Positions 8,467-17,531 of a stretch of 64,000 nt of DNA are shown here, in pieces. This DNA is from Gammaproteobacteria bacterium. GTDB taxonomy: Bacteria > Pseudomonadota > Gammaproteobacteria > JAJDYQ01. The notes beneath the pieces are model-generated. The model made no database searches. It saw nothing but the letters and a program-made list of their open reading frames with translations, and was not told the origin of the DNA. Position numbers and translations under genes: made by a program. How positions within the stretch are numbered: position 1 is the first letter of the stretch; each line of letters begins with the position of its first letter. The DNA lies in assembly GCA_028289815.1 (NCBI GenBank), contig JAPYNQ010000037.1:3953-67952 (forward strand), read 5' to 3'.

Positions 8467-10572
8467 ATGACACAAACAACGCGCGAGCTTGTTCTGGCAA
8501 GACGCAAGGCAATATCCACAACGGGCAAAGCTGGACTGCCCGGCGGTGAACGCCCTGCGCCGATATGCGCCTCTGTGCGTCCGGCAGACGATCAGCCGGC
8601 TGCTATGGCATCTGCAACTATCGAAACAGCGGGCGTACATTCGTCTTCAAGTACCGGTCGGGTAGCCTCCCTGGCTCGTCGTCGGGCAATGTCTTCGCAT
8701 GGCAAAGCCGGTTTGCAGAGCAAGGATCGTATGCGCAGCGCAGACATGAACGCCGTGGCCATCCCGGATTCCACTACGACGACCGTGGACAAACAGCTTG
8801 GCTGTGATGATGATGACGCGATACACAGCTCACAGACCACACTACCTTTATCCGGCGGCTTGTCTGTAAACAGGCCCAGAGCATCCATGTCTGCAGCTCG
8901 CGCCGCGTCGCGTGCTCGCCGTCAGTTAACATCATCACGAGGTAAAGCGGGTATTAGCAGCAATGGGATGTCTCCTGCACAGGCAGTGTGTATGGGTAGC
9001 TCAGGTATGTCTGGTCGTGACATGTCGAAGGCCGTCCGCGAACAACGCAGCAAAAGTGGTAACCCGGTTGGCAGGCAATCGCGTCCGTGTGGTCGTGTTC
9101 GCCCTTTGAAGAATTCCACAGCCAGTATGGCGCGGGATGCTCTCTGGAAAGTTGGTGCCAGCGAGACCGCCAGAGGGCGGACAGTAACTGGTACCATGGT
9201 AGGCTATAGTCCGGATGTAACTGGTAGCGAAGCAGGTACCTGCCGCAACATTACTGGTACGAAATACTTGGGAGCAGATATGTTCCGTGATTTTTGTCAG
9301 ACCGGTACCATGCCCCATAAGACTGCTAGGGTTATGGCCAAGACGTCTCAAGGCAGCTCCATATCAGCAAACCGAATGGGGCATGGTGAAAATGCCACCA
9401 TGAAAGTTACTGGCGATAACATTGGTCGATCTGCGAGGGTTATAGGCGATAAATCGGGCATGGCCCGTGAACTTACCGGCACCCGGTACATGACCCCGGT
9501 AAATATCGGTAATGCGCCTGCCAAGGTTGGTATGAGCGCGACGCTGCGCCATAGCGGTGTGACCGGCACCATGATCGGTCGTCGCGATAATATGACTGGC
9601 GATGAAGTCGGAAGCTGTCACAACATTACCGGTGACGATTACATTGGTCAGGAGCAGTTCACTGATTTCTGCAAGGCTGTGCCAGCGCCACAGGATCAAA
9701 AAGCAGGTGTTTCCTCCACTGGCAGGGGAAACGCAGCGACCGGTACCATGACAGGCCGCTTTGGCAGGGTGACCGGCAACGAGCCGGGCACCTGTAAGGT
9801 GGTTACGGGCACGTCCTATGCTGGCCCAGAGCAGGTAACCGCACACTGTGAGGCGCCTGTGGTAGCGGCGGTCAAGGGGCGTACACACCCTCCGACCGAT
9901 ACACCTGGTCCGGCCATGAGTGGTCGGCAGTCAGGAGTCAATGGTATTGTGACCGGTGCGGATAAAGGTGTCTGCGAGTCGGTTACAGGCACGCCGTACA
10001 TAGGTGCGGATCAGTTCGCCAATGCTTGTCCAGCGACACCTGCAGATGTCACGAGCCCGGACCTTTCTCAGAAGCCTGAGAGTGTATCATGGGGGCGTTT
10101 CAGTGTCACGCCGCCTTCCGGTGGTGCCGCTCATGCCAAAGGTTCTACTGGTGTCGCAGGTAATCGTTTTGAAGCTAGGCGCGATATTACCGGCCCCTTT
10201 GGTATGGCGAATGGCAAGGTGACCGGTACCGAAGAGATGCGCTCTGGTGGTGGGATACAATCCGGCAAACCTCATCCGGTAGCGGCAAAAAAGTTCGAGG
10301 GTCGTACCAAGGCACGTATTACCGGTGAAGGTCAAGATGCGGGTTTGAGGATTACCGGCAATGACTGGGTGCGTAACCACCATGTTACTGGTACGGAAGG
10401 TCGTTCCGCGGCGCTTCGCAATCCAACCATACGCATGGGCATGGTCGCTACTATGGCGGTCGAGCAGAAGCGCAATGAAGCACTGCCTGTTCCAAATAGT
10501 AGAGTAACCGGTGGCAGCGGTAACACGGCTAAAGGCTCATTGATTACCTATTCGGGCGGAGCACGCGGTTAA
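8467..10572 (+). CDS. csoS2: Carboxysome scaffold protein CsoS2
   Basis: Likely start MTQTTRELVLARRKAISTTGKAGL at 8467 (N-terminal RuBisCO-binding-peptide-like repeats RRxAxSxxGKAG x3-4). Highly repetitive G/T-rich [VI]TG[TN] motifs with interspersed Cys are typical of the CsoS2 middle region. Position between cbbS and csoSCA matches. Confidence 0.9.
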   Translation: MTQTTRELVLARRKAISTTGKAGLPGGERPAPICASVRPADDQPAAMASATIETAGVHSSSSTGRVASLARRRAMSSHGKAGLQSKDRMRSADMNAVAIPDSTTTTVDKQLGCDDDDAIHSSQTTLPLSGGLSVNRPRASMSAARAASRARRQLTSSRGKAGISSNGMSPAQAVCMGSSGMSGRDMSKAVREQRSKSGNPVGRQSRPCGRVRPLKNSTASMARDALWKVGASETARGRTVTGTMVGYSPDVTGSEAGTCRNITGTKYLGADMFRDFCQTGTMPHKTARVMAKTSQGSSISANRMGHGENATMKVTGDNIGRSARVIGDKSGMARELTGTRYMTPVNIGNAPAKVGMSATLRHSGVTGTMIGRRDNMTGDEVGSCHNITGDDYIGQEQFTDFCKAVPAPQDQKAGVSSTGRGNAATGTMTGRFGRVTGNEPGTCKVVTGTSYAGPEQVTAHCEAPVVAAVKGRTHPPTDTPGPAMSGRQSGVNGIVTGADKGVCESVTGTPYIGADQFANACPATPADVTSPDLSQKPESVSWGRFSVTPPSGGAAHAKGSTGVAGNRFEARRDITGPFGMANGKVTGTEEMRSGGGIQSGKPHPVAAKKFEGRTKARITGEGQDAGLRITGNDWVRNHHVTGTEGRSAALRNPTIRMGMVATMAVEQKRNEALPVPNSRVTGGSGNTAKGSLITYSGGARG
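10287..10293 (+). other. In-frame A_AAA_AAG slippery heptamer inside csoS2 (candidate -1 programmed ribosomal frameshift site)
   Basis: Zero-frame codons are GCA AAA AAG (..VAAKKF..). A -1 shift would read KKVRGSYQGTYYR and stop at TGA 10326-10328, removing roughly the last 94 residues. Confidence 0.4.
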
Positions 10573-10603
10573 TTTTCTATTGGCATATGCTCATTTAGTC
10601 AAT

Positions 10604-12133
10604 ATGTTAAACGCACGTCAAAAGTCAACACGCAGCAGGGCAGGTCGCACTATGCACCGCCGCCCTGCGGTCAGTACCCTGCGCCCGGGCGGTCGTGTTG
10701 GTGAAGGTCGACCCGATACTGCTTGGAGCGGCTGCCATGCGTTGGTGCACGCCCAGGAAAATGCCCGTTTACATACCTATGAAAATCGTGTTAAGGAGTC
10801 GTTTGATGCCATCGTTCCGGTACTGAAGCAGATATCCGCGATTCAGCACGATGCTGATTTTGCGATCAGAGCACAGCGCATGGCGCGTGAGCGCTTGGGG
10901 TTTGCACTGCCGGAGGTGTTGTTGGACGATGCCTGGATCGAGCAGCTTGATATGCGCAACCTGTTTGCCTGGAGCGTCTTTGAGACTTATCGCCGCTTCT
11001 GCGATGAGGCAATTATGCATGCTCCTCTGGGCAATAATGATGGCATGGAATTCCAGGAATTTCTGCGGCAATGTGGCTTCCATAAGCTGGATGTTTCGCC
11101 ATGTTCAGACGGTCGTCTGGCTCATGTCATTCGTTATGTTCTACGTCTGCCGTACCGGTTTGTGCGTCGCCGTTCCTATGCGGGTGCGATGTTTGATGTT
11201 GAAGACAGCCTCGAAAAGTGGGTGCGTACCGAACTGATCCGTTTTCGTGAGGGTAGGCCTAATACGGCTGATGAACCGACGCGTTATCTGAAAACGGTAG
11301 TTTATCATTACAGTTCCGTGGATCCCGATCATCAGGGTTGTGCGGCGCATGGCTCCGATACTGTCAGAGCGATGCAGTGCGGAGTGGATCGTTTGCGTGG
11401 TTTTCAGCAGGCTGTTGAGAATACCTACTGCTGTGGTGCATCAATTGACAAGCTGCTGCTGGGCATGGACACGGATACAGACTCCATCCGAATTCATATG
11501 CCGGACGATAATGGCGGCGTCAGTCCAGAGAACTATATTGACAGCTTGGAGCTTTATGATGCGACCTTGCATATGAGCGCAACCGCGGCCGAGCGCTGGA
11601 TTGTTGACCGGGTGAATGAAAAAGGTGGTACTGTGTTACCGGCTGGCATGGCCCGTTTCATGGTTTATCTGCTGACGAATAACCTATCTCAGCTTGAGTA
11701 TGTCCGTCGGTATCACGGCGGTCATTATGAGGATATCGGACACAGTGAACGCTTTATTGGTGCTGGCATCGGTTTTGAGGAAGTTCAGCTGCGTAATCTG
11801 ACGTTCTTTTCCTACATGAATACCGTTGAAGAGGCTGCAGCTGACCTAGATGTCGGTATCAGGATATTTACCAGCCTGAATGTATCGCATGGTCTGCCGA
11901 TACCGGTTGTTGTTCGCTTTGATTATCACGGCGATGTGCCGGGTGCGCGTGAACGGGCTGGACAGCGTTGTGGTCGCGTGACAGATGCCCTGCATGGTCG
12001 TTACCGTGAGCTAACTGATCGAGGCTTGTTGCACACCCTGCGGGTCATTCGCAATATTGATGCTGCCGACTCGATTGAGATTCTCGGTTCTTCGGTAAAG
12101 ACAACGGCAACTATGATGGGGGTGCATGGATGA
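10604..12133 (+). CDS. csoSCA: Carboxysomal carbonic anhydrase CsoSCA (CsoS3)
   Basis: About 510 aa, sitting between csoS2 and csoS4A. Blocks such as CGFHKLDVSPCSDGRLAHVIRYVLRLP and YAGAMFDVEDSLEKWVRTELIRFREG match what I recall of CsoSCA. The start is ambiguous (TTG 10580 or ATG 10604). Confidence 0.85.
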   Translation: MLNARQKSTRSRAGRTMHRRPAVSTLRPGGRVGEGRPDTAWSGCHALVHAQENARLHTYENRVKESFDAIVPVLKQISAIQHDADFAIRAQRMARERLGFALPEVLLDDAWIEQLDMRNLFAWSVFETYRRFCDEAIMHAPLGNNDGMEFQEFLRQCGFHKLDVSPCSDGRLAHVIRYVLRLPYRFVRRRSYAGAMFDVEDSLEKWVRTELIRFREGRPNTADEPTRYLKTVVYHYSSVDPDHQGCAAHGSDTVRAMQCGVDRLRGFQQAVENTYCCGASIDKLLLGMDTDTDSIRIHMPDDNGGVSPENYIDSLELYDATLHMSATAAERWIVDRVNEKGGTVLPAGMARFMVYLLTNNLSQLEYVRRYHGGHYEDIGHSERFIGAGIGFEEVQLRNLTFFSYMNTVEEAAADLDVGIRIFTSLNVSHGLPIPVVVRFDYHGDVPGARERAGQRCGRVTDALHGRYRELTDRGLLHTLRVIRNIDAADSIEILGSSVKTTATMMGVHG

Positions 12134-12393
12134 AAATTTGCCAAGTGGAGAAGCCATTGGTAGCTACCAATCGTATTTCGGCCATGGAGCATAAACACCT
12201 TCAGGTAGTGAAAGATGGCAGTGTACGTCTGGTTGCGGTTGATGCCGTGGGTTGCATACCAGGAGATTGGGTGATTTGCGTGGGCAGTTCCGCAGCGCGC
12301 GAAGCAGCGGGCAGTAAAGGATATCCTAGCGATCTGACAATAGTCGGAATTATTGATCACTGGGATGCAGGCCAGAGTGAAGGTGGTCGGTAG
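12130..12393 (+). CDS. csoS4A: Carboxysome vertex pentamer protein CsoS4A (EutN/CcmL family)
   Basis: 87 aa, MKICQVEKPLVATNRISAME... matches the BMC-P fold pattern. Its start overlaps the csoSCA stop (ATGA). Confidence 0.85.
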   Translation: MKICQVEKPLVATNRISAMEHKHLQVVKDGSVRLVAVDAVGCIPGDWVICVGSSAAREAAGSKGYPSDLTIVGIIDHWDAGQSEGGR

Positions 12394-12647
12394 TGGAAAT
12401 TATGCAGGTTGATCAGCCGCTGGTCTGCACTCGTCGCGTACAAGGCTTACACGACACCAGCCTCCGTGTATTGCGTGACTGCAATAATGCAGTTCACGTA
12501 GCGGTTGATCCTGTCGGGTGTCGTAAAGGGCATTGGGTGTTTACATCAAGCGGTTCGGCGGCCCGTTATGCAGCGGGAAATTTCGGAATTCTTGCCGATC
12601 TGACAATTTGCGGCATTATTGATTTTTGGGAGCCTGATGAGAGTTAG
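12393..12647 (+). CDS. csoS4B: Carboxysome vertex pentamer protein CsoS4B
   Basis: 84-aa paralogue of CsoS4A (MEIMQVDQPLVCTRRVQGLHD...), abutting it. Confidence 0.85.
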   Translation: MEIMQVDQPLVCTRRVQGLHDTSLRVLRDCNNAVHVAVDPVGCRKGHWVFTSSGSAARYAAGNFGILADLTICGIIDFWEPDES

Positions 12648-12739
12648 GTGACCGGGAAGGCTGTGACCTAACGAACTGATCGATGTTGTGGCACAGCCTA
12701 GTTTTACAAACCAAAACTATATTGTTAGGAGATATAAAA

Positions 12740-13039
12740 ATGGCAAATGATAATTACGGCATTGCATTGGGCATGATTGAAACACGTGGGCTGGTTCCGG
12801 CTATTGAAGCCGCGGATGCAATGACTAAGGCCGCGGAAGTCCGCTTGATCGGTCGAGAGTTCGTTGGTGGTGGTTACGTTACCGTTCTGGTTCGCGGTGA
12901 AACCGGTGCGGTCAATGCTGCGGTTCGCGCTGGTGCGGATGCTTGTGAACGTGTTGGTGACGGTCTGGTTGCTGCGCACATCATTGCGCGTCCTCACCGT
13001 GAGGTTGAGCCGGTATTGCCGACGGGTGCGGACGCCTGA
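12740..13039 (+). CDS. csoS1: Major carboxysome shell hexamer protein CsoS1 (BMC-H)
   Basis: MANDNYGIALGMIETRGLVPAIEAADAMTKAAEVRLIGREFVGGGYVTVLVRGETGAVNAAVRAGADA is a canonical BMC domain. AGGAGA RBS at 12727-12732 before the ATG at 12740. Only one csoS1 copy is present. Confidence 0.9.
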   Translation: MANDNYGIALGMIETRGLVPAIEAADAMTKAAEVRLIGREFVGGGYVTVLVRGETGAVNAAVRAGADACERVGDGLVAAHIIARPHREVEPVLPTGADA

Positions 13040-13658
13040 TAAATGGTAATTGTTTATTTGGGCTAATTTGACAGAACGGATAAGCTATGGCGGATGGCAC
13101 AAATAATACTGTATTTGGCATGACTGGAACACATAGGCCGTTCCCCAACATTGACCTGTTATCATGCTGATGGTAAAAATGGACTAGCACACACTCGGAT
13201 ATCTTTGTCGGGTACTAGGCTTGGAGCTATCTGCTGCGCACTTGTACATCACGTAGCCCAGACTTACAGCAGCTTGGGATTTGGATGAGGCGGTTGGAAA
13301 GTTTAGCACTGAAGCCGAACAGGAATTGGGGCATGCCAAGCGGAGGATCATCAGCCGTATGTTCCCGGTTGGTGCCGCCTCTGATGCTTCACAGCTACGG
13401 TCGGTGAAACTTGGGTAAACTTCCAGCAGCAGCTCAAATATGATTACGAATTTGAGGTGGAACTGGTGTCGCTCTACGAAGATGTGGTACGACACTGTTC
13501 CGTAATTGCAGGCCAAGGCAATCGTTATTATTTGAGACTCTGCTTGAAGAAGAGAAAGAATGTGGATGGTCGCTGGTAAACTGGCTGCAGCAAATTTCCT
13601 GATCGAATAATATTTCGGCTGTGATGCGCCGGTTTCCCCGTGTCTTTGGAGCATAGCA

Positions 13659-13919
13659 ATGGTACAAGAGTGGCGAGAGTGTGCCCGACCGATGCGGTTG
13701 GAAAAGCGCTATGAATTTCCGGACTATAGGACCCTGCGCGACTTTCTTGATCTTGTCGCTGACCTGTCGGAACAGCAAGGGTTATATCCCGATATGGGTT
13801 TTGCCAAAAGCTATGTGAATATCACTATCCACCTTAACGAGGGTAGCCAGGTTATTAGTGAAGACCAGCGCTGCTTTGCACGGCAACTTGACAGGCTCGC
13901 CGGCGAATTGAGAGGTTAA
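13659..13919 (+). CDS. Pterin-4a-carbinolamine-dehydratase-like protein (alpha-carboxysome RuBisCO assembly factor, acRAF-like)
   Basis: 86 aa, PCD/DCoH-like size and pattern (RLEKRYEFPDYRTLRDFLDLVADLSEQQGLYPDMGF...NITIHLNE). Conserved position downstream of cso shell genes. Confidence 0.65.
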   Translation: MVQEWRECARPMRLEKRYEFPDYRTLRDFLDLVADLSEQQGLYPDMGFAKSYVNITIHLNEGSQVISEDQRCFARQLDRLAGELRG

Positions 13920-13927
13920 TCCCTGCT

Positions 13928-14554
13928 ATGTCCGTATTTGCAATAGCCGGTAACAAGGGAGGCGCAGGCAAAACAACGTTAAGCGTTCATTTGGCTACCG
14001 CGTTGCATCGGGACACACCAACGGCGCTGATTGATGCTGATCCACAGGGTTCATCTCTGCAGTGGCACGCCATATCCGGTAATGACAGTACCGTCTCAGT
14101 TTTTCGGGCGGAGCAAGACCTGCAGCGACAGGTCCATAATCTGTGTAAGAAATTCGACTATATTTTTGTAGACTGCCCGCCGTCAGTGCATGCGCCCCAG
14201 ACCGATGCGATTCTCAGAATCTGTAATGTTGTTCTGGTACCTGTGCAGCCGTCGCCCATGGATCTGTGGGCGACCGTACATATTGAGCGGGCGATAACAA
14301 ACGCACTCGAGGTAAATCCGTTACTCAAGTCGATGATCGTTATCAATCAGGCAGAAGCAAGGACAACCATGTCAAGGCTTGTAAGAGAAGCGCTTCGGCA
14401 AATTAAATTTCCGGTTGCCGATACCGCGATAACACGCCGAGCGGTATACCGGCACAGTATTTTGTATGGTAGAACTGTATTTGAAATGGGCAGCCTAGGA
14501 CGAATCGCTATGCAAGAAATGCAACAACTAACTAAGGAGATCAAGTCATTATGA
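13928..14554 (+). CDS. ParA/MinD-family ATPase, McdA-like (maintenance of carboxysome distribution)
   Basis: Deviant Walker A AIAGNKGGAGKTTLS at the N-terminus. 208 aa. Located in the cso locus directly after the acRAF-like gene. Confidence 0.75.
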   Translation: MSVFAIAGNKGGAGKTTLSVHLATALHRDTPTALIDADPQGSSLQWHAISGNDSTVSVFRAEQDLQRQVHNLCKKFDYIFVDCPPSVHAPQTDAILRICNVVLVPVQPSPMDLWATVHIERAITNALEVNPLLKSMIVINQAEARTTMSRLVREALRQIKFPVADTAITRRAVYRHSILYGRTVFEMGSLGRIAMQEMQQLTKEIKSL

Positions 14555-14799
14555 GTGATACAGATAAAACTCGTCGAATGTTGATGAATTCTATAGCAAA
14601 AACCAGAGCTGGTGTCCACACAAATCCAGTACCAGCTGAACCGGCCTCACCAAAACCGACTACCAGAAAAAAAACCGTTCGCAAAAAGTCATCCATGGAA
14701 AAAGCATCTGCCCAGAAAGCCTTGATAAATAAATCAATGGCCAGACTGCAACCGGTTATAGACTCATACCAAAGCAAGGGTCGTATCTGGCCAGATTAG
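14551..14799 (+). CDS. Small basic, low-complexity protein, McdB-like partner of the ParA ATPase
   Basis: 82 aa, K/R/P/S/T-rich (PKPTTRKKTVRKKSSMEKASAQK), ending ...SKGRIWPD with Trp near the C-terminus. Start overlaps the ParA stop (ATGA). Confidence 0.5.
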   Translation: MSDTDKTRRMLMNSIAKTRAGVHTNPVPAEPASPKPTTRKKTVRKKSSMEKASAQKALINKSMARLQPVIDSYQSKGRIWPD

Positions 14800-15143
14800 C
14801 TATGTAAACGGAGCTGAATGCAGATCTTGCATGAAGGATGGCCACATTAAATTTTACAGATTGGCCTGAGCTGCTGTCTCGGACGCTATTATGGATTTCA
14901 TAGCATTGCCTGTGTTCAGGCTGGTTTTGCCGGTTTTCAACCCGCTCTGATCTTTAGCTCCGGCCCCATGCCCGGATATTTGATTTGTGTACAGGTGCCT
15001 AGTTAGCAGATTGTTGGTTTCGGTTTGGATAGAGAGGTTGAAAAGGCTTTCTGAGGGCAGCAATGATGTGGTTGCCCTTTTTCAAAATCAAGGACCCGGA
15101 GGGCATTGATTTTGATTCAGGGTGTAGCTGATCTTTCTCTTTA

Positions 15144-15220
15144 TGGCGCGCCTGGCGGGAGTCGAACCCACGACCTTTGGCTTCGGAGGCCAACACTCTA
15201 TCCATCTGAGCTACAGGCGC
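15144..15220 (-). tRNA. tRNA-Arg (anticodon CCG)
   Basis: The reverse complement GCGCCTGTAGCTCAGATGGATAGAGTGTTGGCCTCCGAAGCCAAAGGTCGTGGGTTCGACTCCCGCCAGGCGCGCCA folds as a cloverleaf. Anticodon loop CTCCGAA, encoded CCA end. Confidence 0.9.
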
Positions 15221-16364
15221 TTTTTTGCTTTTTCAAGGCAAGTTCTGAATGGTGTATTCCTAGCATAAAGTGCCACCTTGCGATTTTTTATTGCCATTGT
15301 TCTCGGTGAGATATCGCTGGCCTCACCGAAAGCCTCGGGATTAATCAGGATTCTCTTATGTAATGTACTTTTTACGCTAGGAAAGTGGGGAGGAGTATAA
15401 TGGCATATGGTCGTGGCGTTCAATATATTTCTGAACTTATAGCTATAGCTATTTGGTTGGTGATGTATGTGTATAAACTCAGAAACATATTACACTAATG
15501 AGGAGGTTAAAGGTGAGAGCAATGTCAGTAAATTGCTTACTAGCATGAAAGGCTTCGATTCCATTAGTCGCTATGTCACGAAAAACCGATACTCATAATG
15601 AAGTCATCGCCCATCGTCTAAGAATGCCTGAGTTTTAAAACAAACATGGATTGCAGGTGACCATAGACCACAGCAGTCAAAGTGTTGCACCTTGGCATGT
15701 ATGGAAGCAGGGGTATCGTGAGCAGGGAGTGACCGGCTTGATGCTACAATTCAGGCCTCTACTTTCCCGGGGGAAAGCGTTCTCGTTGTTGGATGAGTGT
15801 GGTGTTGACTCGGATTCGTTCCTCGCGCTAGGATTTTTCCAAGTCTTTAGCATGAGAATAAGTTTGTGTCCTGCCCAAGTTCTGAAGGTCAGCCCCAAGA
15901 CTCGGCCTGTTCCAACGCGTTTACCATGCCCTGACCGGTATTGATGAGGTTAGTAGTTATGCCTTGATCATGGTCATGCCCAAACTCAACAGCCAAGCTG
16001 CCAAGGTGTTGCTTTGAAAAGGATTCCGATTAGCTCCCTTCAGCATTCGGCTGAGCTGCTTCTAGGCCTCCCAGGATGAATGCTATCTGTGAGAAAGTTT
16101 TACTGCGCCGCCCAAGAACAGTTTGTGGACTTCCATGAGGACTTGCTGCTTGTCAACCTGGGTTCGTTTAACAAAAAACTGGCGTACTGGTCAAATTATA
16201 GCGGCGTTTGGCCATGCAAAGGGCTGGGATTACGAACCTTCGTGCAGTATATTATCAACCATAATCAAAAGCACAGTTTGTGGTGGACCCGTACAGGCTG
16301 TTGTTTTCTGGTGCGTCTTTCATTACACTCACCGGCTGGTTTATCTAGATATGAGGATTTGTAG

Positions 16365-16607
16365 ATGAGCGCTCAGGATGATTTCACTCAGGTATTTTTG
16401 TGGATATTAGGCCTGCTGGTGTTGTTCACGATTGTGGTTGCTTTGATTGCCCGTTCTATCGGGTTGGATGAAAACAGCGGTCCCATGAGTGATAAGGATA
16501 TCGATAGGCGTACCATGCCTTATGGTAATGTGAAGGTTGCTGAGAAAAAGGGCGGGAGTGGGCCTGATGTAACGGTACCTGTGGTGCTTCCCGCTCCAGC
16601 TGAATGA
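16365..16607 (+). CDS. Possible small single-TM membrane protein (hypothetical)
   Basis: 80 aa with one strong hydrophobic helix (VFLWILGLLVLFTIVVALIA). GAGGA lies 6 nt before the ATG. It sits in an otherwise ORF-poor region, so confidence is low. Confidence 0.3.
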   Translation: MSAQDDFTQVFLWILGLLVLFTIVVALIARSIGLDENSGPMSDKDIDRRTMPYGNVKVAEKKGGSGPDVTVPVVLPAPAE

Positions 16608-16758
16608 TGGTAGATTTGAGGCGGACTTGATACCTGATTCGCGCTTGAAGTTTCGATAAGCTGTCCTTAGAATACGTGATTTTATTATATTTGCACTCTG
16701 CTGCAAGCGCCACAGGTTTCTGGGTGGCTGGTGTGGCATTTTCGGGGAGGACTGTAAT

Positions 16759-17274
16759 ATCGCAGCAAAAGAGAACCGCCTGAATGGGGATATTACTGCC
16801 CCGGAGGTCAGATTGATTCAGGCCGATGGAAGTCAGGTAGGTATCGTCGGTACCCAACAGGCTTTGAGTGCCGCTGAAGAGGTTGGCTTGGATTTAGTGG
16901 AGATTGTTCCTAATGCGGAGCCGCCTGTGTGCCGAGTGATGGATTTCGGCAAGTTCAAGTATGAGCGGAGTAAGAAGGCGCAGCAGGCTAAGAAAAGGCA
17001 GAAGCATACGACAGTTAAGGAAATAAAGTTCCGACCTGGTACAGAGGAAGCTGATTATCAGGTAAAGTTGAAAAATCTGATGAGGTTTTTGTCCGATGGC
17101 GATAAAACCAAGGTGACGCTGCGCTTCCGAGGTCGGGAGATGGCGCATCAGGAACTGGGTACGAAATTGCTGGAGCGAGTTGAACAGGACCTGCTGGAGT
17201 ATGGAAAAGTGGAGCAATATCCCAAGATGGAGGGCCGCCAGATGGTTATGGTGATGGGCCCGCGCAAGAAGTAA
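16759..17274 (+). CDS. infC: Translation initiation factor IF-3, probable non-AUG (AUC/AUU) start
   Basis: The C-terminal 150 aa match IF-3 ([20 protein letters not shown]...[15 protein letters not shown]). The conserved N-terminal ...[15 protein letters not shown] lies upstream of the first ATG/TTG in frame. In-frame ATC at 16759 is preceded by GGGGAGG (16744-16750); ATT at 16738 is an alternative. Confidence 0.85.
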   Translation: MAAKENRLNGDITAPEVRLIQADGSQVGIVGTQQALSAAEEVGLDLVEIVPNAEPPVCRVMDFGKFKYERSKKAQQAKKRQKHTTVKEIKFRPGTEEADYQVKLKNLMRFLSDGDKTKVTLRFRGREMAHQELGTKLLERVEQDLLEYGKVEQYPKMEGRQMVMVMGPRKK

Positions 17275-17309
17275 GGCTTGGGGGGTTTTTGTTTTTTAGG
17301 AATGTCATT

Positions 17310-17507
17310 ATGCCCAAGATGAAGTCAAATAGCGGTGCCGCCAAGCGATTCAGAAAAGCTACATCCGGTAGGTTTAGGCGCAATAAGTCACATCGTCGTC
17401 ATATTTTGACGAAAAAATCAAGTAAGCGTATGCGTCATCTGCGTGAGGACGCTTATGTTCATAAGGCGGATGAGGGTCTGGTTAGGCAGATGCTCCCCTA
17501 TGCTTGA
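17310..17507 (+). CDS. rpmI: 50S ribosomal protein L35
   Basis: [36 protein letters not shown]... is a classic L35 sequence. Confidence 0.9.
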   Translation: MPKMKSNSGAAKRFRKATSGRFRRNKSHRRHILTKKSSKRMRHLREDAYVHKADEGLVRQMLPYA

Positions 17508-17531
17508 CGCAGTTGTTTCAGGAGAAGTGCC

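Noticed and set aside
15230-16758. Searched for a decayed thrS or an integrase remnant upstream of infC and beside tRNA-Arg
   Set aside because: No frame gives ThrS-like or tyrosine-recombinase-like stretches. I report it only as an ORF-poor region, not as a feature.
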